Source: an uncultured delta proteobacterium (GTDB lineage: Bacteria > Myxococcota > Myxococcia > Myxococcales > Anaeromyxobacteraceae). Taken from it: a DNA stretch of 64,000 nt. The notes under the pieces are model-generated. The model saw only the letters and a program-made list of their open reading frames with translations, did no database searches and was not told the origin of the DNA. Both the position numbers and the translations under genes were made by a program. The DNA lies in assembly GCA_963845515.1 (NCBI GenBank), contig CAWJSR010000002.1:1-64000 (forward strand), in the 5' to 3' direction. Each line of letters begins with the position of its first letter. Positions within the stretch are counted from its first letter, which is position 1. Positions 43,489 to 53,686 of this stretch are shown here, in pieces.

Positions 43489-43639
43489 GAGGGCTTCCGT
43501 TCCGTCGGGGGGTTGGTCGCCGGACGCCCGAACACGCTCACGGCTTGCACCTGAACGATGCGTCGGTGAAGCTAGCACACCGCATTGGACGTGCGCCGGG
43601 GTGAGAGTCGACCCTCCGGCGGAGAGGTGAACCTCCAGC

Positions 43640-43658
43640 GGGGCTACAGCAGCTCGTC
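43640..43658. repeat. 19-bp direct repeat, left copy
   Basis: GGGGCTACAGCAGCTCGTC identical to 51851-51869. Confidence 0.9.
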
Positions 43659-44906
43659 AACGCCAGGCCACCGGCCAGCCGAGCCGCCGCTCGGCGAGGA
43701 GGATCGCGAGCCCCGCCGCGAGCGTCAGCGCGGTGACGACGGCGCCGTAGCGCAGGAAGCGCCAGAAGCCGACCCTCCCGCGGGCGCCGGCCAGCTCCAG
43801 CACGATGAGGTTCGCGACCGACCCCACGATGGTGAGGTTGCCGGCGAGCGTCGCCGAGAGGGCGGTCGCCAGCCAGACCAGCTCCGGGTCGGCCATCTTC
43901 GGGATCCACTCGCCGGCCAGGATGACGAACGGGACGTTGGAGACCACCTGCGAGGCGGCGGCCGAGAAGAGGCCGAAGGCGATCGCCTGGTGCTCGGCCG
44001 ACCCGCCGAGCCACGGCGCGAACAGGTCGTGCATCCACGCCGCGGCGCCCGACTTCGCCACCCCGGCCACGACGATGAAGAGCCCGGAGAAGAAGACGAG
44101 GAGCGGCCAGTCGACGCGGTGGAGCGCCTCGCGCGGCGCGCGGCCGCCGAGCGCCATGATGAGCGCGGCGGCGAAGAGGGCCGTCCAGGCGAGCGGGTAG
44201 CCCGCGAGGAAGCCGGCGACGGCGAGGAGCGTCGCCCCGAGCGAGAGGGCGAGGAGCCTCGGGTTGACCGCGGGCGGCTCGAGCGCCGCCTCGCGCGCGA
44301 GCCGGCGGGCAGCTCCCCGCGGAAGAGGAGCTGCAGCGAGAGCGCGACGACCAGCACCGAGGCGACGGCCGGCAGCGCGAGCGCGCCGGCGAAGCGCGCG
44401 TACGGGATGCCGGAGAGCGTCCCGACGATCATGTTCTGCGGGTTGCCGGTGAGCGTCGCGGCGGAGCCGGCGTTGGAGCCGAAGGCGACCGCGAGCAGGT
44501 ACGGGAGCGGCGGCAGCTCGGCGTCGTCCACGATCCGCAGGACGATCGGCGTCATCATCAGGCAGACGGTGTCGTTGACGAGGAACGCGGAGAGGGCGCC
44601 GGCGGTGAGGACGATCCCCCAGAGCAGCGTCCGGGGACCGTGCACGGCGCGCAGCACCCGCCAGCTGGTCCAGCGGAAGAAGGCCGCCTCGCGCAGGTAC
44701 TCGGTGAGGACCATCATCCCGAGCAGGAGCCCGAGCGTGTCGCCGTTCACCGCCCGCCCGGCCTCGTCCGGCGCCAGGACGCCGGCGGCGACCATCAGCG
44801 CGGCCCCCAGGAACGCCGCGGCGGGCCGATCGACCGAGAGGAACGGGAAGCGGCCGCCGGCGACGGCGACGTAGGTGAGCGTGAAGATGACGACCGCGGC
44901 GGTCAC
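43657..44906 (-). CDS. SLC13/ArsB/NhaD-type (ion transporter superfamily) permease, frameshift near 44290
   Basis: SAFLVNDT, SNAGSAATLTGNPQN, VDWPLLVFF, SNVP, AGNLTIVGSVANLIV. Confidence 0.88.
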
Positions 44907-45059
44907 GGCCCGGTCCTACCACCGCGGCGTGCACGTTTGCACCATTCCGTCTCCTCACCCCACCGACCTGCCCTCCTCTTGGCCGGGCTCCGAGCCCGAG
45001 CGTCTGGGGGAGGGACGGCAGTCACTTCATTGGCTCTGGCTGCCGACGTAGCCTAACCA

Positions 45060-45688
45060 CTATCTTCTCGGGACCCACTCGCGTCGAAACGTGATCCAGC
45101 GCGACAATGGGGGTGGACAACCGGCCGCAGGCTCAGGCTCAGCTGGTGACGCATGCACGAACACCACCGCGCCCGAGTAGCCGGGGTTTGCTGGAGCCAG
45201 AAGCTCCCGCCGCTCGGATTCATACGGCGCGGCCCACATGGCAACTCCGACATCCGATGGAGGCCACCAGCAGTCACCAGCGGTTCTTCGGCAGGCGCTG
45301 GAAAGGATTTCCTTCAGCCGCATTACGCCGGGTCGAACCGCGTCAACACGGGCGTTGATCAACAGCGTCTCACCACTGATGGTCTCGCCGCGACGAAGGG
45401 TGACCTGCCTCGCCCGATCTCAACGATTCCCGCAGCATTGGATACGGCTCCGGGAAGGAGCTCCAGCCGATACCCGAGCGTCGGATCGGGCGCAGGGACG
45501 ACACCCAGGAACTTGCCTCTGCTCACCTCATAGCGAATTGCATACTCAACGGGCATTCCCGCGAGCGGAAGGCCGCTCACGTCGTCGACGACTTGCACCG
45601 AGAGCGACGGCTGCGACACGCGCGACGGGCACCCGGAAAAGCACGCCGACGAAATCAGCAGCGCCATCGCACAGAGTGGCGCTCTCAT
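45060..45688 (-). CDS. Putative lipoprotein, candidate Rhs immunity protein (probable frameshift near 45410)
   Basis: ATG overlaps the Rhs stop (ATGA); signal MRAPLCAMALLISSACFSGC; ORFs 45359-45688 and 45060-45362 join with one indel. Confidence 0.55.
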
Positions 45689-48600
45689 TGAGCTTTGACC
45701 GCGTCTTGGTAGTCCTTGACTGCCTTAACAGTCTTGGCGTGCGTCCTCTCCGCTGCAGCACGGTGTATGTTCTCGTCATCGACGCCCGCCCCCTGTGCGT
45801 GCGACTTGAATAGTCCCCCGTTGTCGTCGGTAACCTCAGGCGTGTGCGCTTCGATGTCCTGATAGGCGTGCAACGCATTGCCAAGCGCATGCATGGCGTC
45901 CTCCTCAAACGAGGCGGCCAGTGCCCTCAAGGCTGGGTCGTCAGACCTACTCGCCCGCGCCGCGAAACGGCCAAGAAACACCGCTCTTGCGAAGCCCTGA
46001 GCGAAACGGTCTTCACGAGAGTCGCCGCCACCGGTGTTCGTGTTGAAGTGAGCACCTTGATCCCCTAGCCCGGGGATCCACCCGGTCCCCGAGCCCACGA
46101 AGTCCGTATGGTTGTCCCAGTGGGCCAGGCGCGAAGCCTGAAGCGCCGTCATGCCGGCTTCCGCTGCCCACTGCCGCGTGGCTGTGAAGTGGACAGACTC
46201 GGCCCAACCGCCCGTCGGATCGATGTACCTGTACGGATTGTTCAACACATACGAGAACCGATTCAAGCTAGCCGGAGCAGCAAGCGACCCCATCACCGAG
46301 TCCGCCGAAATGAACCGGCCGAGCTCCGGCCAATACAGCCTCGCCCCGTAGTCGTGGAACCCCGTCCCCGGGTCGTACACCCGCCCGTTGTACTGCCGGT
46401 CTCCTTGCGCGCTCGCAGGCGGCGCGTTGAACATCTCACCCCAAGGCTGGTAGTCGAGTTGCGCTACGACGGCACCCGTCGTGTCGGTCCTGGCAATGAC
46501 GCTGCCGAGGATGTCCGTGTGGTACCACTGGCGCTCGGTGCAGGCCGGTGGCGCGCCCGACAGGCAGCCGTCGACCGCCACGAGCTTGTCCCCCAAGTAG
46601 AAGTAGTCACGCAGCTTCGTGCCGTCCCCCAGCGACTCCGCGATGACTCGACCTGCCGCATCGTAGTGGTACAGGGTCGTCTGGCCGCCATCGGTCTTCG
46701 CGACGCGGCGGCCCCGCCCGTCGTACCTGTACGTCGCCCCATCCGACGACGACGCCAGCCTCCCGGCGGGATCCCACGTGAGCGTCATCGACTTGAAGGA
46801 CTGACTGCCACTCGCCGAGAAGAGGCGGTTGCTCTGGTCGTACGAGTAGTTAGTCGTGTAACTGCCCACTGAGCTCACTTTGCGGTTGCCCAGGTCGTCG
46901 TAGTCATAGATCGCAGTCCCCCACTCATAGGGCGCGATAGAGGTGATGAGCCGGTCGAGTTTGTCGTACGTCATCGTCCGCAGTGAGTTCAGGACGGCCG
47001 AGTTTTCGTACGACGTGACGTTGTCCACCCCGTCGTACTTGTAGATGAGCCCTGTGACTCCAGGAGAGGTGACCCTCTCGACTCGAGCCCGGTCATCGAA
47101 GGAGAGTGTGGTCGCCCTCCCGTTCCCGAACGCCATCCCGCTCACCATCCCCGACGGGTGGTAAGTGATGCCCCCGACGATTTGCGCAGACCCGACGGAC
47201 ACGCTCGTCACACGGTTCGCCGCGTCGCAAGTCATCGCAAGCGATGCGCCGCTAGGGTACTCAACCGAGTATAGGCAACCTGCCGGGTCATACCGGTAGG
47301 TCGTCCAATATGACCTCCCACCGTAGGTCCACTTCTCGGACGTGACTCGATTCAGCTCGTCATGGGTGTAGTCGAACGTGCCGCCGTTCAGGCTCTCGAT
47401 GTGTGTCAGGTTGTTTGCATTGTCGAAGTCCTGGCTGACGTCGTCGGGCGACCCACCCTGATAGGATATCGTGCGAAGGCGACCGAGCGGATCGCCGTAT
47501 CCGTAGCTCACAGTGACCGCGCGCGCGTCAAGGCGGCTGGTCATCTGGCCGATGGCATTGCGACCATAGGTGAGCCCGCCGGTATCACCGGCGACTTCGC
47601 TCGTCAGGAACTGCGACGGGTCATATCCGAAGGCCCGATTGCCCCCGGCGGCCGGAGCTGTGATGCCCGCCAGCTTCCCGCTGGCGCGGTATGCGTACTG
47701 CCACAGGCTCGCGTTGGCGTCGTACACCTGCGTAAGTCGTTGCTCGTCCGGATCGCCGAAGGAAGAGTTGCAGCGCCAGGTCGTGCGGCTGTCATTCGCG
47801 GCGCGGTCCTCCACCAACTCCACACAATTGCCCGTGTAGGTCGTCATGACCACGCACGCGCCCGCAACGTCGCACGATGCGCTGGCGGGGCGATAGCCTT
47901 TCGTAACCCGAACGACGCGATTCAGGCCGTCCAACTCGAGCATCTCTCCGACCTCTCCGACGGAGGCGTCATAGACGTACGACTTGAACCATGGGCGTCC
48001 CATGCTGTCGTACCGCGCGCTCGTCAGCACACCCACCGCGTCCGCCGTAGAGGTCACGCGCCCGAAGCCGTCGAAGAACGTGTTCTTGAAGTAGTCACCG
48101 CGGGCGATCCGGGCCCATGAGCCGTCCGGTGCATAGGAGTAGCCGGTCACGTTCGCGTTGCCCGGAGGAGTGACCGTCTCCGTGCGCCCCAGATCATCGT
48201 ATGTGTAGCCGGTCGTATGACCTCGCCCGTTCGTCTCCGATTCGATCCACCCCTCCCAGGACACCGTGCGAGCGACATTGAACGCGTCGTTGTAGCCGAT
48301 GCTCGCTGGCGTACCGTACGAGTAGTCGGACAGCGTCAGCACCTGCCCCAAGGCGTTGGTGACGGATCCGATGTTGCCGAAAGCGTCATAGCCGAAGGTG
48401 GTCGTTACGCCCGACACGGTTTCGCCGGTGCGCGCATAGTGCCGCTGCGGGTCATGCGCCCAACTGCTTGAGTAGCAGTCGCTTCCTTCGCACACGCTCT
48501 GCGCCGAAGGGCGACCTCGAAGAAGGTTGAGCGTCGTGCCGTCGAGGTCGTTCTCGACGGATAGGTAGGCGGTGGTCGTCACCCGCGAAGTCGGGGGAGG

Positions 48601-50172
48601 CGGTGCCCCGTTGTTCCTGAAGCCCGCCTGCTGACCGGCCTCGACGGCCATGCCGGGCTGGCCGTACTGGTCGAAGTTCGAATATGTGGTCGTGAACAGC
48701 GCGCCGTCTCGCAGTACCTGCCGAACCGTCATTACCGGGACGGAGACGTGTTCATCCCAGACGTAGTACACGCCGCAGTTGTCCGAGTACACGGGGGCGC
48801 TGTACACGGCCGGGGAGATCGACGGGACCTGGCTGCCGTCCCATTGGTATGCTTCGATCTCGGCGCCGTCTGCGCGCTCCACCTCCAGCGTCAACCCCAC
48901 CCCATAGGTGTAGCGTTCCGTGCCGGTGCTCATCCCGGCGACGAAGCCAAACCCAACGATCCAGTACCGGTCGTACTTCCCGTCCGGCCGAAGGATCGAG
49001 GTTACGTGAAAGTCCGTCCCCGGTCCGGGCGACACGTACGAGTAGGTCCACGTTCCAGAGACACCAGCCCGCGAATCGACGACCGTCCGCTCCGTGACCA
49101 CCGAAAAGGGCACCGTCTCGCGCCCCGTGAAGAAGTCGGCGCTATCGTACCCGTAGCCGACGACACCCCCGCCCGGATAGGTGATGCTGTTCAACGCGTA
49201 CTGATTCTGCGCGGCGTCCGCGTCGTACGCGTAGGTGTACCACTCGGACGGCCCCGTCGGCGGCCTCACCTCCGTGAGGAAGCGGCGCGCTCCCGGCAAC
49301 GGCATCCTGCCCAAACCGCCACCGGTCTGCTCGGAGGTGTACGTCGTGTAATCGTACTGAAAGAGCTTCCCGTTGACGTTCATCGTCTGCAGCCGCAATC
49401 CATCCACGTCGGCAGCATAGGTGAACGTGATGCTGCGCCCGTACGTGTCCGTGATGCCTTCGACCGCGCCGGTCTGGCTCACATAGGCGACAGCAATCCG
49501 ATTGCCGAATGCATCTACGACGCCACTCAGCGGCCACACCGGCATTGTCCCTACAAAGTACTGATTATTGTACGCACTCGAAAACTCGTAGCGAATCCCC
49601 GTGTCGGACCAGATGCATGTACCGGCCCCCGATAGAGCGCCGCAGTTCCGCTCCATTCGCCAAAAGTCCTTCGAAACGAAGACCGTGTTGCTCGATGTTT
49701 TCGGGTAGAATACCCGCGCAGTCCCGTCAGGCGCCTCGTACACCGGAAAGTCTCCAGAGCACATCCCTGATTGGCCGCTCGCATTGGGGTTCTTGAGGCG
49801 GCCCATGTGGAAGCTCCACCCGTACCCCAGAACTGAGTGTTCCTTTTCGGCCAGCAGCGGTTCCATGTCGAGGAGGTCGGCTCGCCCCCATATCTTGCTG
49901 CTGTAGGTTCGGACGACGTGCAGGTCCAATCCGGCCCTTCCGGGAAGCGATAGGTCCTCACGAACGATCCGGAGCGTGCCCGTGAAGGGGTCCACCGTCT
50001 CGCCGGGGAGATCCTGGAAGAAGCTCTTGTGCTCGCTCTCGGTGTAGCGGAAGAACGGGTCGAACGTGTCGCCGACAGCCTGCTGCTGCGCGCTGACGGT
50101 TGCAGCACTGAAGACCGAGAGCAGGCTCACCAGCCATCCTATTGGCGCTCGCGCGCAAGTTTCAGGTCGCAC
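45685..50172 (-). CDS. Rhs/YD-repeat polymorphic toxin with N-terminal signal peptide
   Basis: GGAGG + GTG start; WLVSLLSVFSAATVSA signal; VDPFTGTL; YD repeats; core YHTDILGSV...YNGR..D..TG..DYGARLY.PELGRFISAD...NRFSYVLNNPYRYIDPTG; 173-aa C-terminal extension. Confidence 0.93.
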   Translation of the reverse strand: MRPETCARAPIGWLVSLLSVFSAATVSAQQQAVGDTFDPFFRYTESEHKSFFQDLPGETVDPFTGTLRIVREDLSLPGRAGLDLHVVRTYSSKIWGRADLLDMEPLLAEKEHSVLGYGWSFHMGRLKNPNASGQSGMCSGDFPVYEAPDGTARVFYPKTSSNTVFVSKDFWRMERNCGALSGAGTCIWSDTGIRYEFSSAYNNQYFVGTMPVWPLSGVVDAFGNRIAVAYVSQTGAVEGITDTYGRSITFTYAADVDGLRLQTMNVNGKLFQYDYTTYTSEQTGGGLGRMPLPGARRFLTEVRPPTGPSEWYTYAYDADAAQNQYALNSITYPGGGVVGYGYDSADFFTGRETVPFSVVTERTVVDSRAGVSGTWTYSYVSPGPGTDFHVTSILRPDGKYDRYWIVGFGFVAGMSTGTERYTYGVGLTLEVERADGAEIEAYQWDGSQVPSISPAVYSAPVYSDNCGVYYVWDEHVSVPVMTVRQVLRDGALFTTTYSNFDQYGQPGMAVEAGQQAGFRNNGAPPPPTSRVTTTAYLSVENDLDGTTLNLLRGRPSAQSVCEGSDCYSSSWAHDPQRHYARTGETVSGVTTTFGYDAFGNIGSVTNALGQVLTLSDYSYGTPASIGYNDAFNVARTVSWEGWIESETNGRGHTTGYTYDDLGRTETVTPPGNANVTGYSYAPDGSWARIARGDYFKNTFFDGFGRVTSTADAVGVLTSARYDSMGRPWFKSYVYDASVGEVGEMLELDGLNRVVRVTKGYRPASASCDVAGACVVMTTYTGNCVELVEDRAANDSRTTWRCNSSFGDPDEQRLTQVYDANASLWQYAYRASGKLAGITAPAAGGNRAFGYDPSQFLTSEVAGDTGGLTYGRNAIGQMTSRLDARAVTVSYGYGDPLGRLRTISYQGGSPDDVSQDFDNANNLTHIESLNGGTFDYTHDELNRVTSEKWTYGGRSYWTTYRYDPAGCLYSVEYPSGASLAMTCDAANRVTSVSVGSAQIVGGITYHPSGMVSGMAFGNGRATTLSFDDRARVERVTSPGVTGLIYKYDGVDNVTSYENSAVLNSLRTMTYDKLDRLITSIAPYEWGTAIYDYDDLGNRKVSSVGSYTTNYSYDQSNRLFSASGSQSFKSMTLTWDPAGRLASSSDGATYRYDGRGRRVAKTDGGQTTLYHYDAAGRVIAESLGDGTKLRDYFYLGDKLVAVDGCLSGAPPACTERQWYHTDILGSVIARTDTTGAVVAQLDYQPWGEMFNAPPASAQGDRQYNGRVYDPGTGFHDYGARLYWPELGRFISADSVMGSLAAPASLNRFSYVLNNPYRYIDPTGGWAESVHFTATRQWAAEAGMTALQASRLAHWDNHTDFVGSGTGWIPGLGDQGAHFNTNTGGGDSREDRFAQGFARAVFLGRFAARASRSDDPALRALAASFEEDAMHALGNALHAYQDIEAHTPEVTDDNGGLFKSHAQGAGVDDENIHRAAAERTHAKTVKAVKDYQDAVKAQ

Positions 50173-50293
50173 AGGTGATCCTCCGCTAGCGTTACGATGC
50201 GCGCCCGACGACATCTTCCAGGCGGGGAGCGATCCTCGCCGTCTTTGCCGACACGCAACGATCCTTTGTTGTCACTAACCGGCTGCCGCGCGA

Positions 50294-51517
50294 CTAATTA
50301 CAGGTCGAGTTGGTACAACTTGGGTAGAGCGGCTCGAGGCTGATGGGATCCCAAATGATGATTGGCTCCCAAGGAGGCGGAGGGGGCGGGGGCGCCGGAG
50401 GGATCGTGCCGCCAAACACACCCCGAAAATACGCGTCCTTGCCATAGGACCAACCTCCCGCCGAGTACTCAGGGGACCATCTCAATACGATTTGATAGGG
50501 CGTTCCGTCGAGAACCGGATCGGTTACATGGAACGCGATCGCTCGCGGAGACAAGATCACCGGGATCGAGTCCACCAACGTGGTTCGTTCCTCCCACCAG
50601 GACCCGTACCGGCTCCGCACAAAGTAGTCCACTAGGATCTCGAAATTGGCTGACGCGTGGTCCAGGTTGTCACCCGTGACGATTACGTCGTACGGACCGT
50701 TGCCGTGCTCAGCTCCCGTGATCGTCGGCTGAGTGCTCGCGTCCAGGGCCGTAAGATATCCAAGGGAGGATGACCCTTCGACGGTCGCGATGTCGTCGGC
50801 GGAAGCCATGAACACGTCGATCCACGTCCTACTCCAGTCCGGGTCATACGTTTCGCAGAGTTGGAACCGGTATGAATACTCGCGTGCTATCGAGTTCACT
50901 TTCATGCCGTAGACCAGCGGGCACGGATAGATGTTTCCACTCGTGAGCGTCAGGTATAGGCCCGGCGTCCAGTCCATTAGGCCAAATATTTCTTCGTGCG
51001 CTACGGCCTCGTCGATGAACGTGGCTTGCGTGAAGACGAGCTCCACCGAGCCAGCGGGAATGCTCGTGGGGACGCAGCCACCCCAACTTCGGGTGTACCC
51101 GGCATTGCAGGTAGTCACGCACGCGCCATCGGTGCAGCTTTCCGTGCCGTTCTGCGCCCCGGCGCAGACATGCCCGAGACATCCGCAGTTCTGAAGGTCG
51201 GAAGTGGTGTTCGCGACGGAGGTGAGGTTCCCCGCCGGATCGTGCGCGAAGACGGTGACCGGCGGATCGGAGGTCCCGACGCAGCTGCCAGCTCCGTCGC
51301 ACGTCTCAGACCTCGTGCAGGGGTTTGCGTCGTCACATGTGGCACCGGCTGCCGAATACGCGCTCGGCGCCCATCCCGTCTTCAAGCAGGTCCAACTAGT
51401 GATGCACGGGAGGTTCGGTTGGAGACCACACTTGGATGGCGCGGCGGCGGCAACGGCAGAGATCGCAGCCAGAAGGACGGCGACTCCGCTACGTAGAAGG
51501 ATTCTCGTCGAACGCAT
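50294..51517 (-). CDS. Secreted Cys-rich protein upstream of Rhs
   Basis: Signal peptide; CDDANPCTRSETCDGAGSCVG and DLQNCGCLGHVC Cys-rich motifs; one YD-like FAHDPAGNLTSV; poly-Pro near C-terminus. Confidence 0.7.
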   Translation of the reverse strand: MRSTRILLRSGVAVLLAAISAVAAAAPSKCGLQPNLPCITSWTCLKTGWAPSAYSAAGATCDDANPCTRSETCDGAGSCVGTSDPPVTVFAHDPAGNLTSVANTTSDLQNCGCLGHVCAGAQNGTESCTDGACVTTCNAGYTRSWGGCVPTSIPAGSVELVFTQATFIDEAVAHEEIFGLMDWTPGLYLTLTSGNIYPCPLVYGMKVNSIAREYSYRFQLCETYDPDWSRTWIDVFMASADDIATVEGSSSLGYLTALDASTQPTITGAEHGNGPYDVIVTGDNLDHASANFEILVDYFVRSRYGSWWEERTTLVDSIPVILSPRAIAFHVTDPVLDGTPYQIVLRWSPEYSAGGWSYGKDAYFRGVFGGTIPPAPPPPPPPWEPIIIWDPISLEPLYPSCTNSTCN

Positions 51518-51621
51518 GCGGTGGGCGACTCCTAAACGAGAGTTCGTGATCCGAGATCAGCCGTCGGCCTCATGCGCACTCCGTTGCGCGCCGGGAGGCG
51601 CACCGTGAGTGCGACCACTAT

Positions 51622-51637
51622 TGCATACACGAGTCCA
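51622..51637 (-). promoter_or_regulatory. Possible sigma54 promoter for the Rhs operon
   Basis: Minus strand TGGACTCGTGTATGCA has GG-N10-GC spacing but diverges from consensus. Confidence 0.3.
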
Positions 51638-51850
51638 CTCCGAGAGTACCTCGCTCACTCCGACCTCTTCGCGCCTTTGACGCGGACATTCGAGGACCGT
51701 GGTGAGGCGTACTGGTGGGGAGCAAGGCCGCGGCGAAGGCGCGGGGGCTACGGCGCTCGCTGACCTCGTGACCGACAGGCTCCGAGGCAGAGGACCCGCC
51801 TGACCGTGTGAAGTGCTCCCGATCCCAGGTGGGCGAGTGGGGAAACGCGA

Positions 51851-51869
51851 GGGGCTACAGCAGCTCGTC
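51851..51869. repeat. 19-bp direct repeat, right copy (3' end of the DUF3943-like gene)
   Basis: Identical to 43640-43658; encodes DELL-stop on minus strand. Confidence 0.9.
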
Positions 51870-52577
51870 GCCGAACAGATCCCGCGCGGCCTTCCGGCCG
51901 GCGACCGTCTGGAACAGGAGCTGCGCCTCCGCGATCGGATCGGCGAAGGCGAGCCCCATCTGCCCCCAGAAGCCCGGCCGGCCGCCACGGAGCAGCCGCT
52001 GGCGCGCCCACCAGCGGACCTCGCCGATGACCGCGCCCGTCGTCGAGGTCACGAGGAGGTCCGGCCAGGAGGGCTGCTCGAACCAGCTCTCGACCCCGTA
52101 CTCCCAGAGGGTGCTGCCGGCGGTGGCGAAGAGGAAGGCGCCGACCGGCCCGTAGTTGGACCGGCGCGCCGCGGTGTAGAGGAGCGACCCCATGATGGGG
52201 TGGGCGACGTAGTTGGTCGTCCAGGGATCGCCGTCGTCCCAAGTCGGCGCCGCGGTGAAGGCGCTGCGGAACTGCGCGGCGCTCGGCGAGACCCGTCCGC
52301 TCCAGTTCGCCGGCGGGAAGAGGACTAGCGCAGTGATCTGGAGGCCGAACATGGCGCTGCCGAAGCCGACCATCCGGCCCGGGTGCGACTCGGTGGTGGG
52401 CGGGAGGAAGTCCGAGGCGCGCAGCCGCAGGTCGCTCGGCTCCAGATCTGGCTGCCTCAGCTCGATCGCGGCCACCTCCGCCTCGACGCAGCGCACGTCC
52501 TCTGGGAGGCTGGGCGCGGCGCGCGCGGCGGAGGGTGCCAGCGCGAGCAGGGCGATGGCGGTGGCGGCTCGGAGCAT
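51855..52577 (-). CDS. DUF3943-like secreted/membrane protein (start uncertain)
   Basis: WDDGDPWTTNYVAHPIMGSLLYTAAR, STLWEYGVE...PSWPDL; signal-like N-terminus. Confidence 0.7.
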   Translation of the reverse strand: MLRAATAIALLALAPSAARAAPSLPEDVRCVEAEVAAIELRQPDLEPSDLRLRASDFLPPTTESHPGRMVGFGSAMFGLQITALVLFPPANWSGRVSPSAAQFRSAFTAAPTWDDGDPWTTNYVAHPIMGSLLYTAARRSNYGPVGAFLFATAGSTLWEYGVESWFEQPSWPDLLVTSTTGAVIGEVRWWARQRLLRGGRPGFWGQMGLAFADPIAEAQLLFQTVAGRKAARDLFGDELL

Positions 52578-52724
52578 CCAGGCCGGGCGCGTGATGGCGG
52601 CGCGGTAGTTCACTGGCTTCTGCTTTCCCTCGGGCGGCTGCCGCGGCGGCCGGAGATCGGGCGCGGCGGGGCATCCATACCTGAAGCGCCCGATCCACTT
52701 CAATCGGCCATACGAAGCAACATT

Positions 52725-53639
52725 TCAGCCAGCGAGCGGCACCTCCACGGTGAGGCCGTCGTGTGCGACAGCGACCTCCCCGAACTCCTCCCTCGCCTGG
52801 GCGAGCAGCGGCTCCGTCTCGCGGTCGTATCGGGTGGAGAGGTGCGTCAGGATGAGCCGGGCCACGCCGGCCTCTCGCGCGATCCGCCCGGCCTCGCGCG
52901 CGGTGCTGTGTTCGGTCTCGAGCGCGCGCTCCGCCTCGGGGTCGCCGAAGGTGGCCTCGTGTACGAGCACGTCGGCGCCGCGCGACGCCTCGACGGTGGC
53001 GGGGCAGGGGCGCGTGTCGCCGGTCACGATGACCTTCCGGCCGGGGCGCGGCGGATCGACCACCTCCTCCGGGCGTATGACGCGCCCGTCAGGGAGCGTC
53101 ACCGGTTTTCCGCGCTGCAGGGCGCCGAACATGGGGCCTTCCTCGACACCGAGCGCCGCTGCGCGCTCCGGGTGGAAGCGTCCGGGCCGATCGTCCTCGA
53201 TGAGCGCCCACCCGACCGAAGGGATCCCGTGGCGCGTGGCGAAGGGGACGAGATCGCAGCCGTCGCGCCGGATCCGGTCGCCAGGCGCCACCTCCTGGAC
53301 CCGCAGGTCGAAGGAGAGCTGCTCGATCCCGCCGGCGACGTACCGATCGACGATGCGGGCGAGCCCGCGCGGCCCGTAGAGATCCAGCGGCTCGGGCCGC
53401 CCCTGCATCGAGAGGGTCCGCATGAAGCCGACGACCCCCAGCCAGTGGTCGAGGTGGAGGTGCGTGAAGAAGACGGCGGCGACGTCGAAGCCGGTGCCGT
53501 ACCGGACCATCTGCCGCTGCGTCCCCTCCCCGCAGTCGACGAGGAAGAGCTCGCGCTCGCGCCGGATGGCGAGCCCTGCGAGGTTGCGCCCGATGGTCGG
53601 CTGGGCGCCGGAGGTGCCGAGGAAGGTGAGCCGGAGCAT
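52725..53639 (-). CDS. rnz: Ribonuclease Z
   Basis: FLGTSGAQPT, DCGEGTQRQ, THLHLDHWLG, GDTRPC, HEATF, HST, THLSTRY. Confidence 0.95.
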   Translation of the reverse strand: MLRLTFLGTSGAQPTIGRNLAGLAIRRERELFLVDCGEGTQRQMVRYGTGFDVAAVFFTHLHLDHWLGVVGFMRTLSMQGRPEPLDLYGPRGLARIVDRYVAGGIEQLSFDLRVQEVAPGDRIRRDGCDLVPFATRHGIPSVGWALIEDDRPGRFHPERAAALGVEEGPMFGALQRGKPVTLPDGRVIRPEEVVDPPRPGRKVIVTGDTRPCPATVEASRGADVLVHEATFGDPEAERALETEHSTAREAGRIAREAGVARLILTHLSTRYDRETEPLLAQAREEFGEVAVAHDGLTVEVPLAG

Positions 53640-53686
53640 CGGGGGGCGAGATTAGTCGATCCGGGCCCGGGCTCCGAGCCCGCGGC

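Noticed and set aside
44910..51850. Integrase, transposase or prophage genes in the island
   Set aside because: No ORF with recombinase, DDE or phage motifs recognised.
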